This document shows positions 41,542 through 50,533 of a stretch of 64,000 nucleotides of DNA, in pieces. Under the pieces are notes generated by a model. The model saw nothing but the letters and a program-made list of their open reading frames with translations. It ran no database searches and was not told the DNA's origin. How positions within the stretch are numbered: position 1 is the stretch's first letter; each line of letters opens with the position of its first letter. Position numbers and translations under genes: made by a program. Origin of the DNA: Anaeromyxobacteraceae bacterium (lineage in GTDB: Bacteria > Myxococcota > Myxococcia > Myxococcales > Anaeromyxobacteraceae); assembly GCA_032654565.1 (NCBI GenBank), contig JAULAX010000010.1:192001-256000 (forward strand), written 5' to 3'.

Positions 41542-42447
41542 ATGTTCGCCACCGTCGAGGCGGTCGAGGAGGGGCTCTCCGGGCAGGGGTACCTGCCGTC
41601 ACGTGAAATCGCCACCTCGGTCTTCCTGGCCGATCGGCTGGAGAAGCCCCTGCTGGTGGAGGGGCCGGCCGGCGTCGGCAAGACCGAGCTGGCGAGAGCC
41701 TGGGCCAGCGCCTCCGGGCGGGAGCTGATCCGGCTGCAGTGCTACGAGGGGCTCGACGAGGCCAAGGCCATCTACGAGTGGGAGTACTCGAAGCAGCTCC
41801 TCTACACCCAGCTGCTCAAGGACCGGGTCGGGGAGGCGGTGGCCGGCGCCGCCTCGCTGGCCGAGGCGGCCGACCGGATCGCCGCCCAGGGGAACGTCTT
41901 CTTCAGCGAGCGCTTCCTGCTGCCGCGACCCATCCTGCAGGCGGTGCGCGCCGAGCGGCCGGTGCTGCTGCTGGTGGACGAGATCGACAAGGCCGACGAG
42001 GCGCTGGAGGCCTTCCTCCTCGAGATCCTCTCCGACTGGGCGGTGACGGTCCCGGAGCTGGGGACGCTGCGCGCCAAGGTGGTGCCGAGGGTGGTGCTCA
42101 CCTCGAACGCCACCCGCGAGCTCTCCGACGCCCTGCGCCGGCGCTGCCTCCACCTGCACGTCGACTTCCCCGGGCAGGAGCGGGAGCTGGCCATCGTGCG
42201 GTCGCGGGCCGGCGAGGCCTCCGAGGCGCTGGCCAGGCAGGTGGTGGCGGCGGTGGCCCGGCTGCGCACCATGGACCTTCGCAAGGCCCCGTCGGTGGCC
42301 GAGGCCATCGACTGGGCCCGGGCGCTGGTGGCGCTCGGCCTGGAGCGGCTCGACCCCGCGGCCCTGCTGCAGACGCTGGACGTGGTGGTGAAGCACGAGG
42401 CCGACGCCGAGCGGGTGCGGTCACGGGCCGGCGAGGTCCTGAGGTAG
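41542..42447 (+). CDS. MoxR/CoxD-family AAA+ ATPase
   Basis: PLLVEGPAGVGKTELA, RLQCYEGLDE.KAIYEW.Y.KQLL, LLVDEIDKAD, LTSN.TRELSDALRRRC, KAPSVAE.IDW. Confidence 0.92.
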   Translation: MFATVEAVEEGLSGQGYLPSREIATSVFLADRLEKPLLVEGPAGVGKTELARAWASASGRELIRLQCYEGLDEAKAIYEWEYSKQLLYTQLLKDRVGEAVAGAASLAEAADRIAAQGNVFFSERFLLPRPILQAVRAERPVLLLVDEIDKADEALEAFLLEILSDWAVTVPELGTLRAKVVPRVVLTSNATRELSDALRRRCLHLHVDFPGQERELAIVRSRAGEASEALARQVVAAVARLRTMDLRKAPSVAEAIDWARALVALGLERLDPAALLQTLDVVVKHEADAERVRSRAGEVLR

Positions 42448-42459
42448 GATCGGCGGCCC

Positions 42460-44031
42460 ATGACCACGCCGCGCGTCCTCGTCGTCGAGCCCGACTCCGC
42501 CCTGGCCCTCTCCCTGGCCGCGGTGGTCCGCGACGCCGGCTGGACCAGCGCCGTGGCCGGGAGCGCCGCCGAGGCGGGGCTGGAGATCGCCGCCCGTCGG
42601 CCCGGCCTGGTGGTGCTGCGGGCAGAGCTGCCGGACCTCTCCGGCTTCTCGCTGTGCGCCCGGCTGCGCCACGACCCGGCCACGGCCGGGTTGCCGGTGA
42701 TCCTCTACAGCTCGGAGATCGAGCCGGCCTCGCTGGCCGAGCACGCCCGCACCGCCGCCGCCGCCAGCGGATACCTGGCCATGCCGCTGGACACCGAGGC
42801 CTTGACGACGCTGGCCCGCCGCCTGCTGGACCGGGCCGAGCCGGTGGAGCTGGCCGACGACGACCCCGACCTGCTCGAGGTGGCGCCCGCGGCCGGGGAG
42901 GGGGAGGCGCTGGACCCCGGCACGGTGGGCGACGAGGAGTTCGAGGCCATCTCACCGCCGCCGCGCCCCCCGGCGCCGCCGCCGCGTGGGTCCGGGGTGG
43001 CCCCGCCGCCGGTGCCGCGCCGGGCCCGTCGCGACCTGCTGACCGAGGAGGACCGGCTCTTCGCCGACCGGGTCTTCCAGTCGGTGGCCGACCGGCGAGA
43101 CGCCCTGCTGGCCGACGCCGACCGGCGGCGGCCGCCACCGCGCCGGGACCTGCTGGCGACGCCGGAGGGGCGCCTGGCGCTGCTGCGCGAGGACCTGAAG
43201 TGGCGGGAGGCCCAGCTGGCCCGGCTGTCGGAGATCTGGGAGATCCGGGAGCGCGAGGTGGCCAGCGTCGACGAGCGGATCCACGCCAGGGACGTGGACG
43301 TGCAGCGGGCCCGGCTGGAGGCGGAGGAGGCGCTGCGGAAGCTGGCCGACGCCCACCGCCGCCTCGGCGACAAGGACCGCGAGCACGGGGCGTCGATCGA
43401 GGGGCTGCTCTCGGAGAAGTTCAAGGAGGAGAAGGAGCTGATCGAGGTGGTGGCCGGCACCGAGCGCCGGCTGCACGAGCAGGCGCGCGAGCTGCGGAGC
43501 CGGGAGGAGCGGCTGGAGCAGGCGGCGGCCGGGACGGCCGGGCTCGAGGCGCGGCTGGAGGCGGGGGCCGAGGAGGCGAGGGGGCTGCGGCAGCAGGTGG
43601 CCGAGCTGGAGGGGAAGATCGAGGGGCTGGAGCGGAACACGCTGGGGATCGAGGAGCGGGCGGCCGAGCTGGCCGAGCAGATCGAGGCGCGCGACGCGCT
43701 GCTGCGCGGGGCCCGGCGGGAGGTGGAGCGGCTGCAGGGCGACCTGTCGGCGGCCCGCCAGGCGCTGATGCTGCGGGAGACGGAGCTGCGTGGCGAGGTG
43801 ACCCGGGCGCGGTTCGACGTGGAGGAGGTCGGCGGGCTGCTGGCGCAGACCACGCGCGAGCGGGACGAGGCGCTGGCCCGGGGGGTGACGCTGGAGGGGG
43901 ACCTGGCGGGGGCACGGGCCGAGTCGGCGGCGCTGGGGGCGGAGCTGGAGGCGGTCAGGAACCGGGTCGAGGGGGGGAGCGACGAGCCCACCGTCCTGGA
44001 GCGCCTCGGCCCAAAGCCCGTCCCAGAGTAG
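42460..44031 (+). CDS. aglZ: AglZ-like pseudo-receiver + coiled-coil protein (short form)
   Basis: RVLVVE...RRPGLVVLRAELPD.SGF.LC, EDR.F.DR.FQS.ADR, TPEG....LR..LK.REAQ.ARLSEIW..RERE, then heptad repeats. Matches my recollection of Myxococcus AglZ. Confidence 0.75.
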   Translation: MTTPRVLVVEPDSALALSLAAVVRDAGWTSAVAGSAAEAGLEIAARRPGLVVLRAELPDLSGFSLCARLRHDPATAGLPVILYSSEIEPASLAEHARTAAAASGYLAMPLDTEALTTLARRLLDRAEPVELADDDPDLLEVAPAAGEGEALDPGTVGDEEFEAISPPPRPPAPPPRGSGVAPPPVPRRARRDLLTEEDRLFADRVFQSVADRRDALLADADRRRPPPRRDLLATPEGRLALLREDLKWREAQLARLSEIWEIREREVASVDERIHARDVDVQRARLEAEEALRKLADAHRRLGDKDREHGASIEGLLSEKFKEEKELIEVVAGTERRLHEQARELRSREERLEQAAAGTAGLEARLEAGAEEARGLRQQVAELEGKIEGLERNTLGIEERAAELAEQIEARDALLRGARREVERLQGDLSAARQALMLRETELRGEVTRARFDVEEVGGLLAQTTRERDEALARGVTLEGDLAGARAESAALGAELEAVRNRVEGGSDEPTVLERLGPKPVPE

Positions 44032-44058
44032 TTCTGGCGGATGGGGCGGATGGTCCGC
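44017..44058 (+). repeat. REP-like element copy A (CCCGTCCCAGAGTAGTT + GCGGA-TGG-TCCGC hairpin)
   Basis: The 17-mer 44017-44033 is identical to 55118-55134. Hairpin at 44046-44058. Confidence 0.7.
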
Positions 44059-44289
44059 GGCGCGACCGCTTTTCTCCAACCCCTTGAAACTCCGGGTCCG
44101 CCCGGCGGCCCGCTGGTCTCCCTGACGACCGCCCCCTTGGACGGGCCGCTCGACCAGGCCTGACCGGAGGCGTCGGGTCGGCAGACCGCGGCATCCTGCC
44201 GCGCACACACCGGGGTCGACCCCGCGCCGCGGGGCATCGGCCTGGAGGGCGACAAGGCTCCCCGTTCGCGCTATTCAGCCGGGACCACG

Positions 44290-45072
44290 ATGGAACTCCT
44301 CCGCAGCCAGCTCCTGGCGGCCTTCCCCCACGGCTTCACCACCCGGGCCGGCGGCGCCTCGGAGCCGCCCTTCAACTCGCTCAACCTCGGCGACCTGGTC
44401 GGGGACGCTCCGGCCGCGGTGGCCGGGAACTGGCGCCTCCTGGAGGAGACCACCGGGCTCGAGTTCGCCCGGGTGCGGCAGGTCCACGGCGCCAGGGTCA
44501 TCACCGGGGCCGCTCCGACGCCCCCGTGCGACGAGGCCGACGGCGTGGTCGCCACCACCCCCGGCGTGGCGGCGTGCGTGGCCGTCGCCGACTGCGTCCC
44601 CGTCCTGCTGGCGAGGCCCGACGGATCGGCCGTCGCCGCGCTCCACGCCGGCTGGCGCGGGACGCTGGCGAGGATCGCCGCCGAGGGCGTCCGGGCGCTG
44701 ACCGAGGGGACCAACGGTGAAGCCCCGCTGGCGGTGATCGGCCCCTCGATCGGTCCCTGCTGCTACCAGGTCTCCGAGGAGCTGGCCGCGCAGTTCGCCG
44801 CCGCCTTCGGGCCTCGGGTGATCCAGCGCGGCCCCCACGGGCCCTCCCTCGATCTCTGGGTCGCCAACGAGCGGGCCCTGCGCGACGCCGGCGTGAGCCG
44901 GGTCGCGGTCCTGCGACGCTGCACCGCCTGCGAGCCGCGACTCTTCTTCTCCCACCGCCGCGACGGTGGTCGGACCGGGAGGATGGTCGGGTTCATCGCG
45001 CCGAAGCCGATATCGGCAGGTCGCCCTTCCTTGACCCGAGCCGGATCCGACCTAGAATTTCCAAGGTCTTGA
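44290..45072 (+). CDS. pgeF: PgeF/YfiH-family protein
   Basis: HGFTTRAGG.S..PF.SLNLG, QVHG, ADCVPVL, HAGWRG, IGPSIGPCCY.V, CT.C....FFSHRR...TGR. Confidence 0.93.
   Translation: MELLRSQLLAAFPHGFTTRAGGASEPPFNSLNLGDLVGDAPAAVAGNWRLLEETTGLEFARVRQVHGARVITGAAPTPPCDEADGVVATTPGVAACVAVADCVPVLLARPDGSAVAALHAGWRGTLARIAAEGVRALTEGTNGEAPLAVIGPSIGPCCYQVSEELAAQFAAAFGPRVIQRGPHGPSLDLWVANERALRDAGVSRVAVLRRCTACEPRLFFSHRRDGGRTGRMVGFIAPKPISAGRPSLTRAGSDLEFPRS
45031..45058 (+). promoter_or_regulatory. sigma70 promoter inside the pgeF 3' end, for the cpoB-like/tsaP genes
   Basis: TTGACC, 16 bp, TAGAAT, ending 10 nt before the TTG start at 45069. Confidence 0.65.
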
Positions 45073-45902
45073 AGACGCTTCGTCCAGCGATCGCCCTCGC
45101 CGCGATCCTCATCCTGTCCGGCTGCGCCGGGGCGGATGCCGTGGCTCGTCGCGACCTGGAGAACCTGCGCGTCGAGGTCCAGGCGCTCCGGCAGGAGAAC
45201 ACCCAGCTGACGAGGGCCATGGAGCGGCTCACCACCCGGGTCGACGCTGCGGCGGCCCGCACGGCGCGGCCAGCCAGCGAGCCTCCCCGCGCCCCGCCGC
45301 CGCCCACCCCCGCGCCCGCGCCCGCGCCCTATGCCGACATGGTGGTGGTGCCAGACGGGCTCTCGATCGTGAAGGTCGAGCCGACCAAGGCCAGCCGGGC
45401 GCCGCCGGTTCCCGTCAACACCGCGCTGGTGGAGCCGGACGCGGCGCGGCTCGACGCCATCGCCCGCAAGAGCGGCCGGGATCTGGCCGGGGACGCGGAG
45501 AGCGAGCTCAAGGCGGCGCGTCGCCGCGATCCTCTGGCGCGCGCCCATGCCCTCGAGGACTTCGTCTCCCGTTACCCGCGCCACCCCATGGCCGGCGGCG
45601 CCCTCCTCGAGGCCGCCACCGCCTACGCCGAGGTGGGCAAGGCGGAGGCGGCCTGCACGCTGGATCGCCGCGTGATCGATGAGTACCCGGCGTGCGAGCA
45701 GGTGAGCGAGGCGCTGCTTCAGCTGGCCGGCTGCGAGGGTCGCAAGGGGGCGGTGGAGCAGGAGCGCCGCCTCCTCAGCCGCGTCGTCAATGACTTTTCG
45801 AGTTCGCCAGCGGCCCGACGGGCCCGCGAGCGGCTCGCGTCCATTCCAGGTCGTCCCGGCGCCGATCCGTCGCCGGACGGCCCAGCAAGGAGCGGTCCAT
45901 GA
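45069..45902 (+). CDS. TPR lipoprotein, CpoB/YbgF-like
   Basis: Lipobox LSGC, N-terminal coiled coil, TPR-like FV.RYP.HP.A..ALL and V..FSSSPAA..A..RL. Confidence 0.7.
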   Translation: MKTLRPAIALAAILILSGCAGADAVARRDLENLRVEVQALRQENTQLTRAMERLTTRVDAAAARTARPASEPPRAPPPPTPAPAPAPYADMVVVPDGLSIVKVEPTKASRAPPVPVNTALVEPDAARLDAIARKSGRDLAGDAESELKAARRRDPLARAHALEDFVSRYPRHPMAGGALLEAATAYAEVGKAEAACTLDRRVIDEYPACEQVSEALLQLAGCEGRKGAVEQERRLLSRVVNDFSSSPAARRARERLASIPGRPGADPSPDGPARSGP

Positions 45903-47260
45903 TCCGCACCATCAGCGTCGTCGTCGCAGCCCTCTTGCCGCTGCTCGCCGGCGCCCAGTCGCAAGCGGTGAAGGCGGCCAAGGGGGCTGGGCAGGCCTCC
46001 GAGGCCGGGAACCTGCGGATCCAGAAGGCCGCGGACGCGGCCACCGGCGCGGACCGCCCGACCGACCCGGCCGCCGTCGATGCGCCGGAGGCGCTCCCCA
46101 GCACCGGCCGCCGCCCCGAGGGCTCGGCCGCGACCGCCGACCAGGGGATGGGTGCGGTACCGCCGCCCGACACCTACACGGTCCGTCCCGGTGACACGCT
46201 CTGGGACCTCTCCGGCCGCTTCCTCAACAACCCCTGGTACTGGCCCAAGGTCTGGTCGTTCAACCCGGAGATCACCAACCCGCACTGGATCGAGCCGGGC
46301 AACCTGCTCAGGTTCTACCCGTCGCAGGAGGAGTCCCCCACCCGCGTCGAGCCGGTGACCGGTCCAGGCGTCGCCGCGGCGCCCGCGGTCGATGAGCCGA
46401 CCGACCTGGAGGGTCCGCGCGAGCTGGAGGATCTCTCCCGCGCCGACATGAAGGCCCCGGTCCCGGTCGAGGACCGGGACGAGGTGGCGGTGGTCGGGCC
46501 GTACAGGATCGGCTACGTGCCCCCCAGGACCGTGATGATCCGGCGCGACAGCTTCGTGACGCCGGCGCAGGTGGAGGAGTCCGGCGCGATCGTCGCCGCC
46601 TTCGAGGAGAAGATGATGCTGGCCACCTCCGACCGCGCCTACGCCCACTTCAAGGGAGAGCCGCCCAGCCGGCTCGGTGAGACCTACGTGGTCTACGAGA
46701 CGGTCCGGAAGATCCGCCACCCGGTCAGCGGCGACCTGCTCGGCTACCAGACGCGCATCCTCGGCAGCGCGGTGGTGGTGGCCAAGGAGCCCAAGGCGGT
46801 GACGCTGGTGATCGCCCAGTCGCTGGCGCCCATCGAGCGGGGTGCGCTGCTCGGCCCCTGGACCGAGAAGCCGTTCCGCCCGGTCAGCCCTCGCGCCGCC
46901 AGCAAGGACCTCGACGGTCACATCGTGGGGTCGAGGCAGGAGGTGCTCACCCAGATCGCCGAGCAGGCCGTGGTGTTCATCGACAAGGGGAAGGCCGACG
47001 GCGTGGAGGAAGGCAACATCTTCAGGGTGGTGCGCAGCGGAGATCCCTACGGCCTGCCGCTCGATCCCAGGCAACTGGCGCCGCCCAATGATCCCGAGCT
47101 TCCCTCCGAGGTGCTGGGCGAGCTGATGGTCATCGACGCGAAGGAGACCACCTCGACGGCGCTGGTGATGAAGAGCCTCCGCGAGCTGTTGATCGGTGAC
47201 GTGGTGGAGATGCGCGCGGCCGGAGCGGTCAAGCCGGACACCGGGAGCGGCGGTCGCTGA
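45899..47260 (+). CDS. tsaP: LysM-domain protein, TsaP-like (type IV pilus secretin-associated)
   Basis: Signal peptide, YTVRPGDTLWDLSGRFLNNPWYWPKVWS.NP.I.NPHWI.PG, V.IDKG..DGV. Canonical position upstream of dprA. Confidence 0.75.
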   Translation: MIRTISVVVAALLPLLAGAQSQAVKAAKGAGQASEAGNLRIQKAADAATGADRPTDPAAVDAPEALPSTGRRPEGSAATADQGMGAVPPPDTYTVRPGDTLWDLSGRFLNNPWYWPKVWSFNPEITNPHWIEPGNLLRFYPSQEESPTRVEPVTGPGVAAAPAVDEPTDLEGPRELEDLSRADMKAPVPVEDRDEVAVVGPYRIGYVPPRTVMIRRDSFVTPAQVEESGAIVAAFEEKMMLATSDRAYAHFKGEPPSRLGETYVVYETVRKIRHPVSGDLLGYQTRILGSAVVVAKEPKAVTLVIAQSLAPIERGALLGPWTEKPFRPVSPRAASKDLDGHIVGSRQEVLTQIAEQAVVFIDKGKADGVEEGNIFRVVRSGDPYGLPLDPRQLAPPNDPELPSEVLGELMVIDAKETTSTALVMKSLRELLIGDVVEMRAAGAVKPDTGSGGR

Positions 47261-47363
47261 ATCGGAGCCGGGAGCGGGTTCGGGGAGGCGCTCCCCGAGA
47301 GCTGGACCAGCGGTCGCCCGGGTGGCGGCCGCTGTCATTTCAGGGGGTTGGACGCATCCCCGA

Positions 47364-47392
47364 CCCGTCCCAGAGTAATTGCTCCCACGGAG
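47364..47392 (+). repeat. REP-like element copy B (CCCGTCCCAGAGTAATT + CTCC-CAC-GGAG hairpin)
   Basis: 16/17 identical to copies A and C. Intergenic between tsaP and dprA. Confidence 0.6.
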
Positions 47393-47460
47393 TATCCCCT
47401 CCCCCGAAAGCGCCCCTCGCGCCGCGGCGTGTCGGAGCCAGCATGGAGAATCGCCGCCGC

Positions 47461-48324
47461 ATGGACTCCACGCAGACCCTCCGTCCCGGCGACGGGACCT
47501 ACCCCGAGCCGCTCGCCTGCATCCCCGGCCCACCGGCGACGCTCCGGCTCCGAGGGTCGCTGGGGTCCCCGGTGGCGCGTGTCGCCCTGGTGGGCTCGCG
47601 CGACGCCGACGAGTACGGCCGCGACATGGCCCGGAGGTTGGCGAGGGGTCTGGCCAGGGCCGGCGTGTCGGTGGTCTCGGGCGGGGCCCGCGGCATCGAC
47701 GCCGAAGCCCACGAGGGGGTGCTGGAGGCCGGTGGCCACACCGTCGCCGTCCTCGCCAGCGGGGTGGACCAGCCCACCCCGGGCAGCAACCTCGACCTCT
47801 TCGAGCGGATCCTCGCCTCCGGCGGCGCCCTGCTCTCCGAGTACGAGGACGGCACGCCGGCGCTCCCCTTCCGCTTCGTGGAGCGCAACCGGATCGTGTC
47901 GGGGCTGAGCGACGCCGTGGTCATCGTCCGCGCCGGCCGCGGCAGCGGCGCCCTCATCACGGCCGGCCTGGCCCGGCAGCAGCACCGGCCGCTGCTGGCG
48001 GTCCCCGGGGACGCCGGCCACCCGCTGTCGGAGGGGCCGCTCCGCCTGCTCCGGGAGGGCGCCCGGCTGGCCGCCGAGCCGGCCGACATCCTCGGCTGCC
48101 TCGGACTGGCCCCCGGCCAGCAGGCGGAGCTGCCGCTGGGTGACCTGACCCCTGCGGCGAGGTCGCTGCTCGAGGCGCTCACCGCCACACCCCGCCACCT
48201 CGGCGAGGTGGCGCGCCACGCCGGGAAGACCACCGGGGAGGCCCTGGCGGGCCTGCTGGCGCTGGAGCTGGACGGCCTGTGCGAGCAGCGCCCCGGGCAG
48301 CGCTTCGTCCGGCGCGGGGTCTAG
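47461..48324 (+). CDS. dprA: DNA-processing protein DprA
   Basis: VALVGSR, VVSGGARGIDA.AH, LSEY..G, F..RNRIVSGLS, SGALITA, AVPG, C-terminal winged helix. Confidence 0.93.
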   Translation: MDSTQTLRPGDGTYPEPLACIPGPPATLRLRGSLGSPVARVALVGSRDADEYGRDMARRLARGLARAGVSVVSGGARGIDAEAHEGVLEAGGHTVAVLASGVDQPTPGSNLDLFERILASGGALLSEYEDGTPALPFRFVERNRIVSGLSDAVVIVRAGRGSGALITAGLARQQHRPLLAVPGDAGHPLSEGPLRLLREGARLAAEPADILGCLGLAPGQQAELPLGDLTPAARSLLEALTATPRHLGEVARHAGKTTGEALAGLLALELDGLCEQRPGQRFVRRGV

Positions 48325-48339
48325 TGTCGTGCCCCGCCG

Positions 48340-49731
48340 ATGAGCTCCCGTCCCGCCGCCTCCTCGCTGCTGGTGGTCGAGTCCCCGGCCAAGGTGCTGA
48401 CGCTGCGCCGATGGCTCGGGCCGGGGTGGGAGGTGCAGGCCACCTCCGGTCACCTGTTCGACCTCCCGCGGAACCGTGAGGGGCTCGACCTCGCCAGGAG
48501 CCTGGCGCCGGCGTGGGAGCTGGTCCGGGGCCGGTCGCGGACGCTCAGCGACCTGAAGCGCGCCGCCCGGAGGGTCGATCGCGTGCTGCTGGCCACCGAC
48601 CCGGACCGGGAGGGAGAGGGGATCGCGTGGCAGCTGGCGGTCGAGCTGGGCGCCGAGGGCGGCTCCGCGCGCGTGGTCCGGGTGCTGCTCGGGGAATTGA
48701 CGCCCGAGGCCATCACCCACGCCCTCTCCGATCCGGGGCCGCTCCATCGCGGACGCTGGGAGGCCCACCTGGCCCGCAGGGTGATCGACCGGCTCATCGG
48801 GTTCCGGCTGAGCGCGCGGCTCTCCTCCGCCCTGCGCCCTGGCCTCAGCGCGGGGCGAGTCCAGGTCGCCGCCCTGCGACTGGCCGCGGCCTGGAAGCCA
48901 GGCGAAGCGGGCCTGGCCCTCGCCGGGGCACCGGCCTCGGCGCCGCCGCCCTTCACCACCGAGACCTTGCTCCGGGCCGCCGCCGAGCGGCTCCGCTTCC
49001 TGCCGCGCAAGACCATGGCGCTGGCCCAGCGGCTCTACGAAGGGGTGGAGCTCGGCGAGGGCGGGCGGGTCGGGCTGATCACCTACCCGCGTTCCGGGTC
49101 GTCCCGGGTCTCCCCCGCGATCGAGGTGGCGCTGCGGGCCCTGGCGGTGGAGCGCCATGGACCGACCGCGATGGGCCCGGCGGCACCGGGCGAGGCGGGG
49201 AGGCCGCCGCACCCCGGGCACGGCGCGATCCGGCCGACGCTGCTCGACTGGCCGCCCGACCGGGCCGAGGCGCCTCTCCGCGCCGCGGGAGGGCGCGACC
49301 TCCCCAGGCTCTATGCCCTGGTCTGGGACCGGTGCATCGAGTCGAGCCTGTCGGCGGCCGGCTGTCGCGACCTGGCGGAGGCGCGCCGCCTTCGCCCCGG
49401 GCCGCGCCCGGAGCGGCTCGATGACGCCTCCCTGATCGAGGCCGTGGCGTCGCGCGGGGTGGGGCGCCCGTCGACCTATGCCTCCATCGGCGACAGCCTT
49501 GTGGCGCGCGGGTTCCTGCTCCGCTCCCGCGAAGGACTGCGGGTGACGCCCACCGGCCATCGCCTGGTGGGGTGGCTCGACCGGACCTTTCCCGGGACCC
49601 TGGACGCTCGGTTCACCGCCGACCTGGAGGCCCGGCTCGACGAGGTGGAGGCTGGGAGGATGGCCTGGCGCGACGCCGTGACGATCGCCTGGAGCCCGCT
49701 CGAGAGGGTCCTGGGGGCAGTGGTTGCTTGA
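48340..49731 (+). CDS. topA: type IA DNA topoisomerase, unusually short (463 aa) and possibly degenerate
   Basis: VVESPAK, GHLFDLP, ATDPDREGE.I, SAGRVQ, PPFTT, AQRLYEG, ITYPR, GRPSTYA, FTADLE..LD. Lies between dprA and trmFO. Confidence 0.8.
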   Translation: MSSRPAASSLLVVESPAKVLTLRRWLGPGWEVQATSGHLFDLPRNREGLDLARSLAPAWELVRGRSRTLSDLKRAARRVDRVLLATDPDREGEGIAWQLAVELGAEGGSARVVRVLLGELTPEAITHALSDPGPLHRGRWEAHLARRVIDRLIGFRLSARLSSALRPGLSAGRVQVAALRLAAAWKPGEAGLALAGAPASAPPPFTTETLLRAAAERLRFLPRKTMALAQRLYEGVELGEGGRVGLITYPRSGSSRVSPAIEVALRALAVERHGPTAMGPAAPGEAGRPPHPGHGAIRPTLLDWPPDRAEAPLRAAGGRDLPRLYALVWDRCIESSLSAAGCRDLAEARRLRPGPRPERLDDASLIEAVASRGVGRPSTYASIGDSLVARGFLLRSREGLRVTPTGHRLVGWLDRTFPGTLDARFTADLEARLDEVEAGRMAWRDAVTIAWSPLERVLGAVVA

Positions 49732-49831
49732 CACTCCGAGCGGCCTGCTGATAGGAAATTCCTCTGTCTATTCGCCAACAAGGCCGCACATGGTGCGCGC
49801 CTTCCCCACCCCTCGTCGCCGAGAGGAAGAG

Positions 49832-50494
49832 ATGATCCAGACCCTGGCCGAGTTCTTCAAGGAGGGCGGTCCGTTCATGTTCGTGAACGTCGCCACCAGC
49901 GCCGTGGCGATCGCCATCATCGTCGAGCGGGTCGTGGTGCTGGCGTTCAAGCTCAACCTGAACGCCCCCCCCTTCATGGAGCAGATCCAGAAGCTGGTCC
50001 TGGCCGGCAACGTGGATCGCGCGGTGAAGCTCTGCGCCGCCGCGCCCAACGCCGCGCTGGCCCGGGTGGTCAAGGCCGGGCTCTCCCGCGCCAACCGCGG
50101 CGAGCAGGAGGTGGCCCGGGCCCTCGAGGAGGCGGTGCTCGAGGTGAGCCCGCTGGTGGGCAAGCGGATCCAGCCGCTCTGGTCGCTGGCCAACGTGGCC
50201 ACCCTGGTGGGGCTGATCGGCACCATCACCGGCCTGATCGGGACCTTCAAGTCGCTGGGCGCCGCCAGCCCGGAGATGAAGCAGGTGATGCTCTCCAAGG
50301 GCATCTCCGAGGCCATGAACAACACCGCCTTCGGGCTGACCATCGCGGTGGTCTGCATCGTGGCCCACCTGCTGCTCAGTTCGAAGTCCAAGGCCATGAT
50401 CGAGGAGATCGAGTACAGCGCGCTCAAGCTCGAGAACCTGCTGAGCCGCCGCGGTGCCGGCGAGACCAACCCGCTCGAGTCGGCGGGCGCCTAG
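49832..50494 (+). CDS. MotA/TolQ/ExbB proton-channel protein (AglR-like paralog)
   Basis: GG.FM, IIVER, ATLVGLIGTITGLI, GISEAMNNTAFGL. GAGGA RBS, and TTGACA at 49728-49733 upstream. Confidence 0.92.
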   Translation: MIQTLAEFFKEGGPFMFVNVATSAVAIAIIVERVVVLAFKLNLNAPPFMEQIQKLVLAGNVDRAVKLCAAAPNAALARVVKAGLSRANRGEQEVARALEEAVLEVSPLVGKRIQPLWSLANVATLVGLIGTITGLIGTFKSLGAASPEMKQVMLSKGISEAMNNTAFGLTIAVVCIVAHLLLSSKSKAMIEEIEYSALKLENLLSRRGAGETNPLESAGA

Positions 50495-50533
50495 CCTCGC
50501 GGCTGGTGCCGCGCGGCCCGGCCAGGAGCTTCG

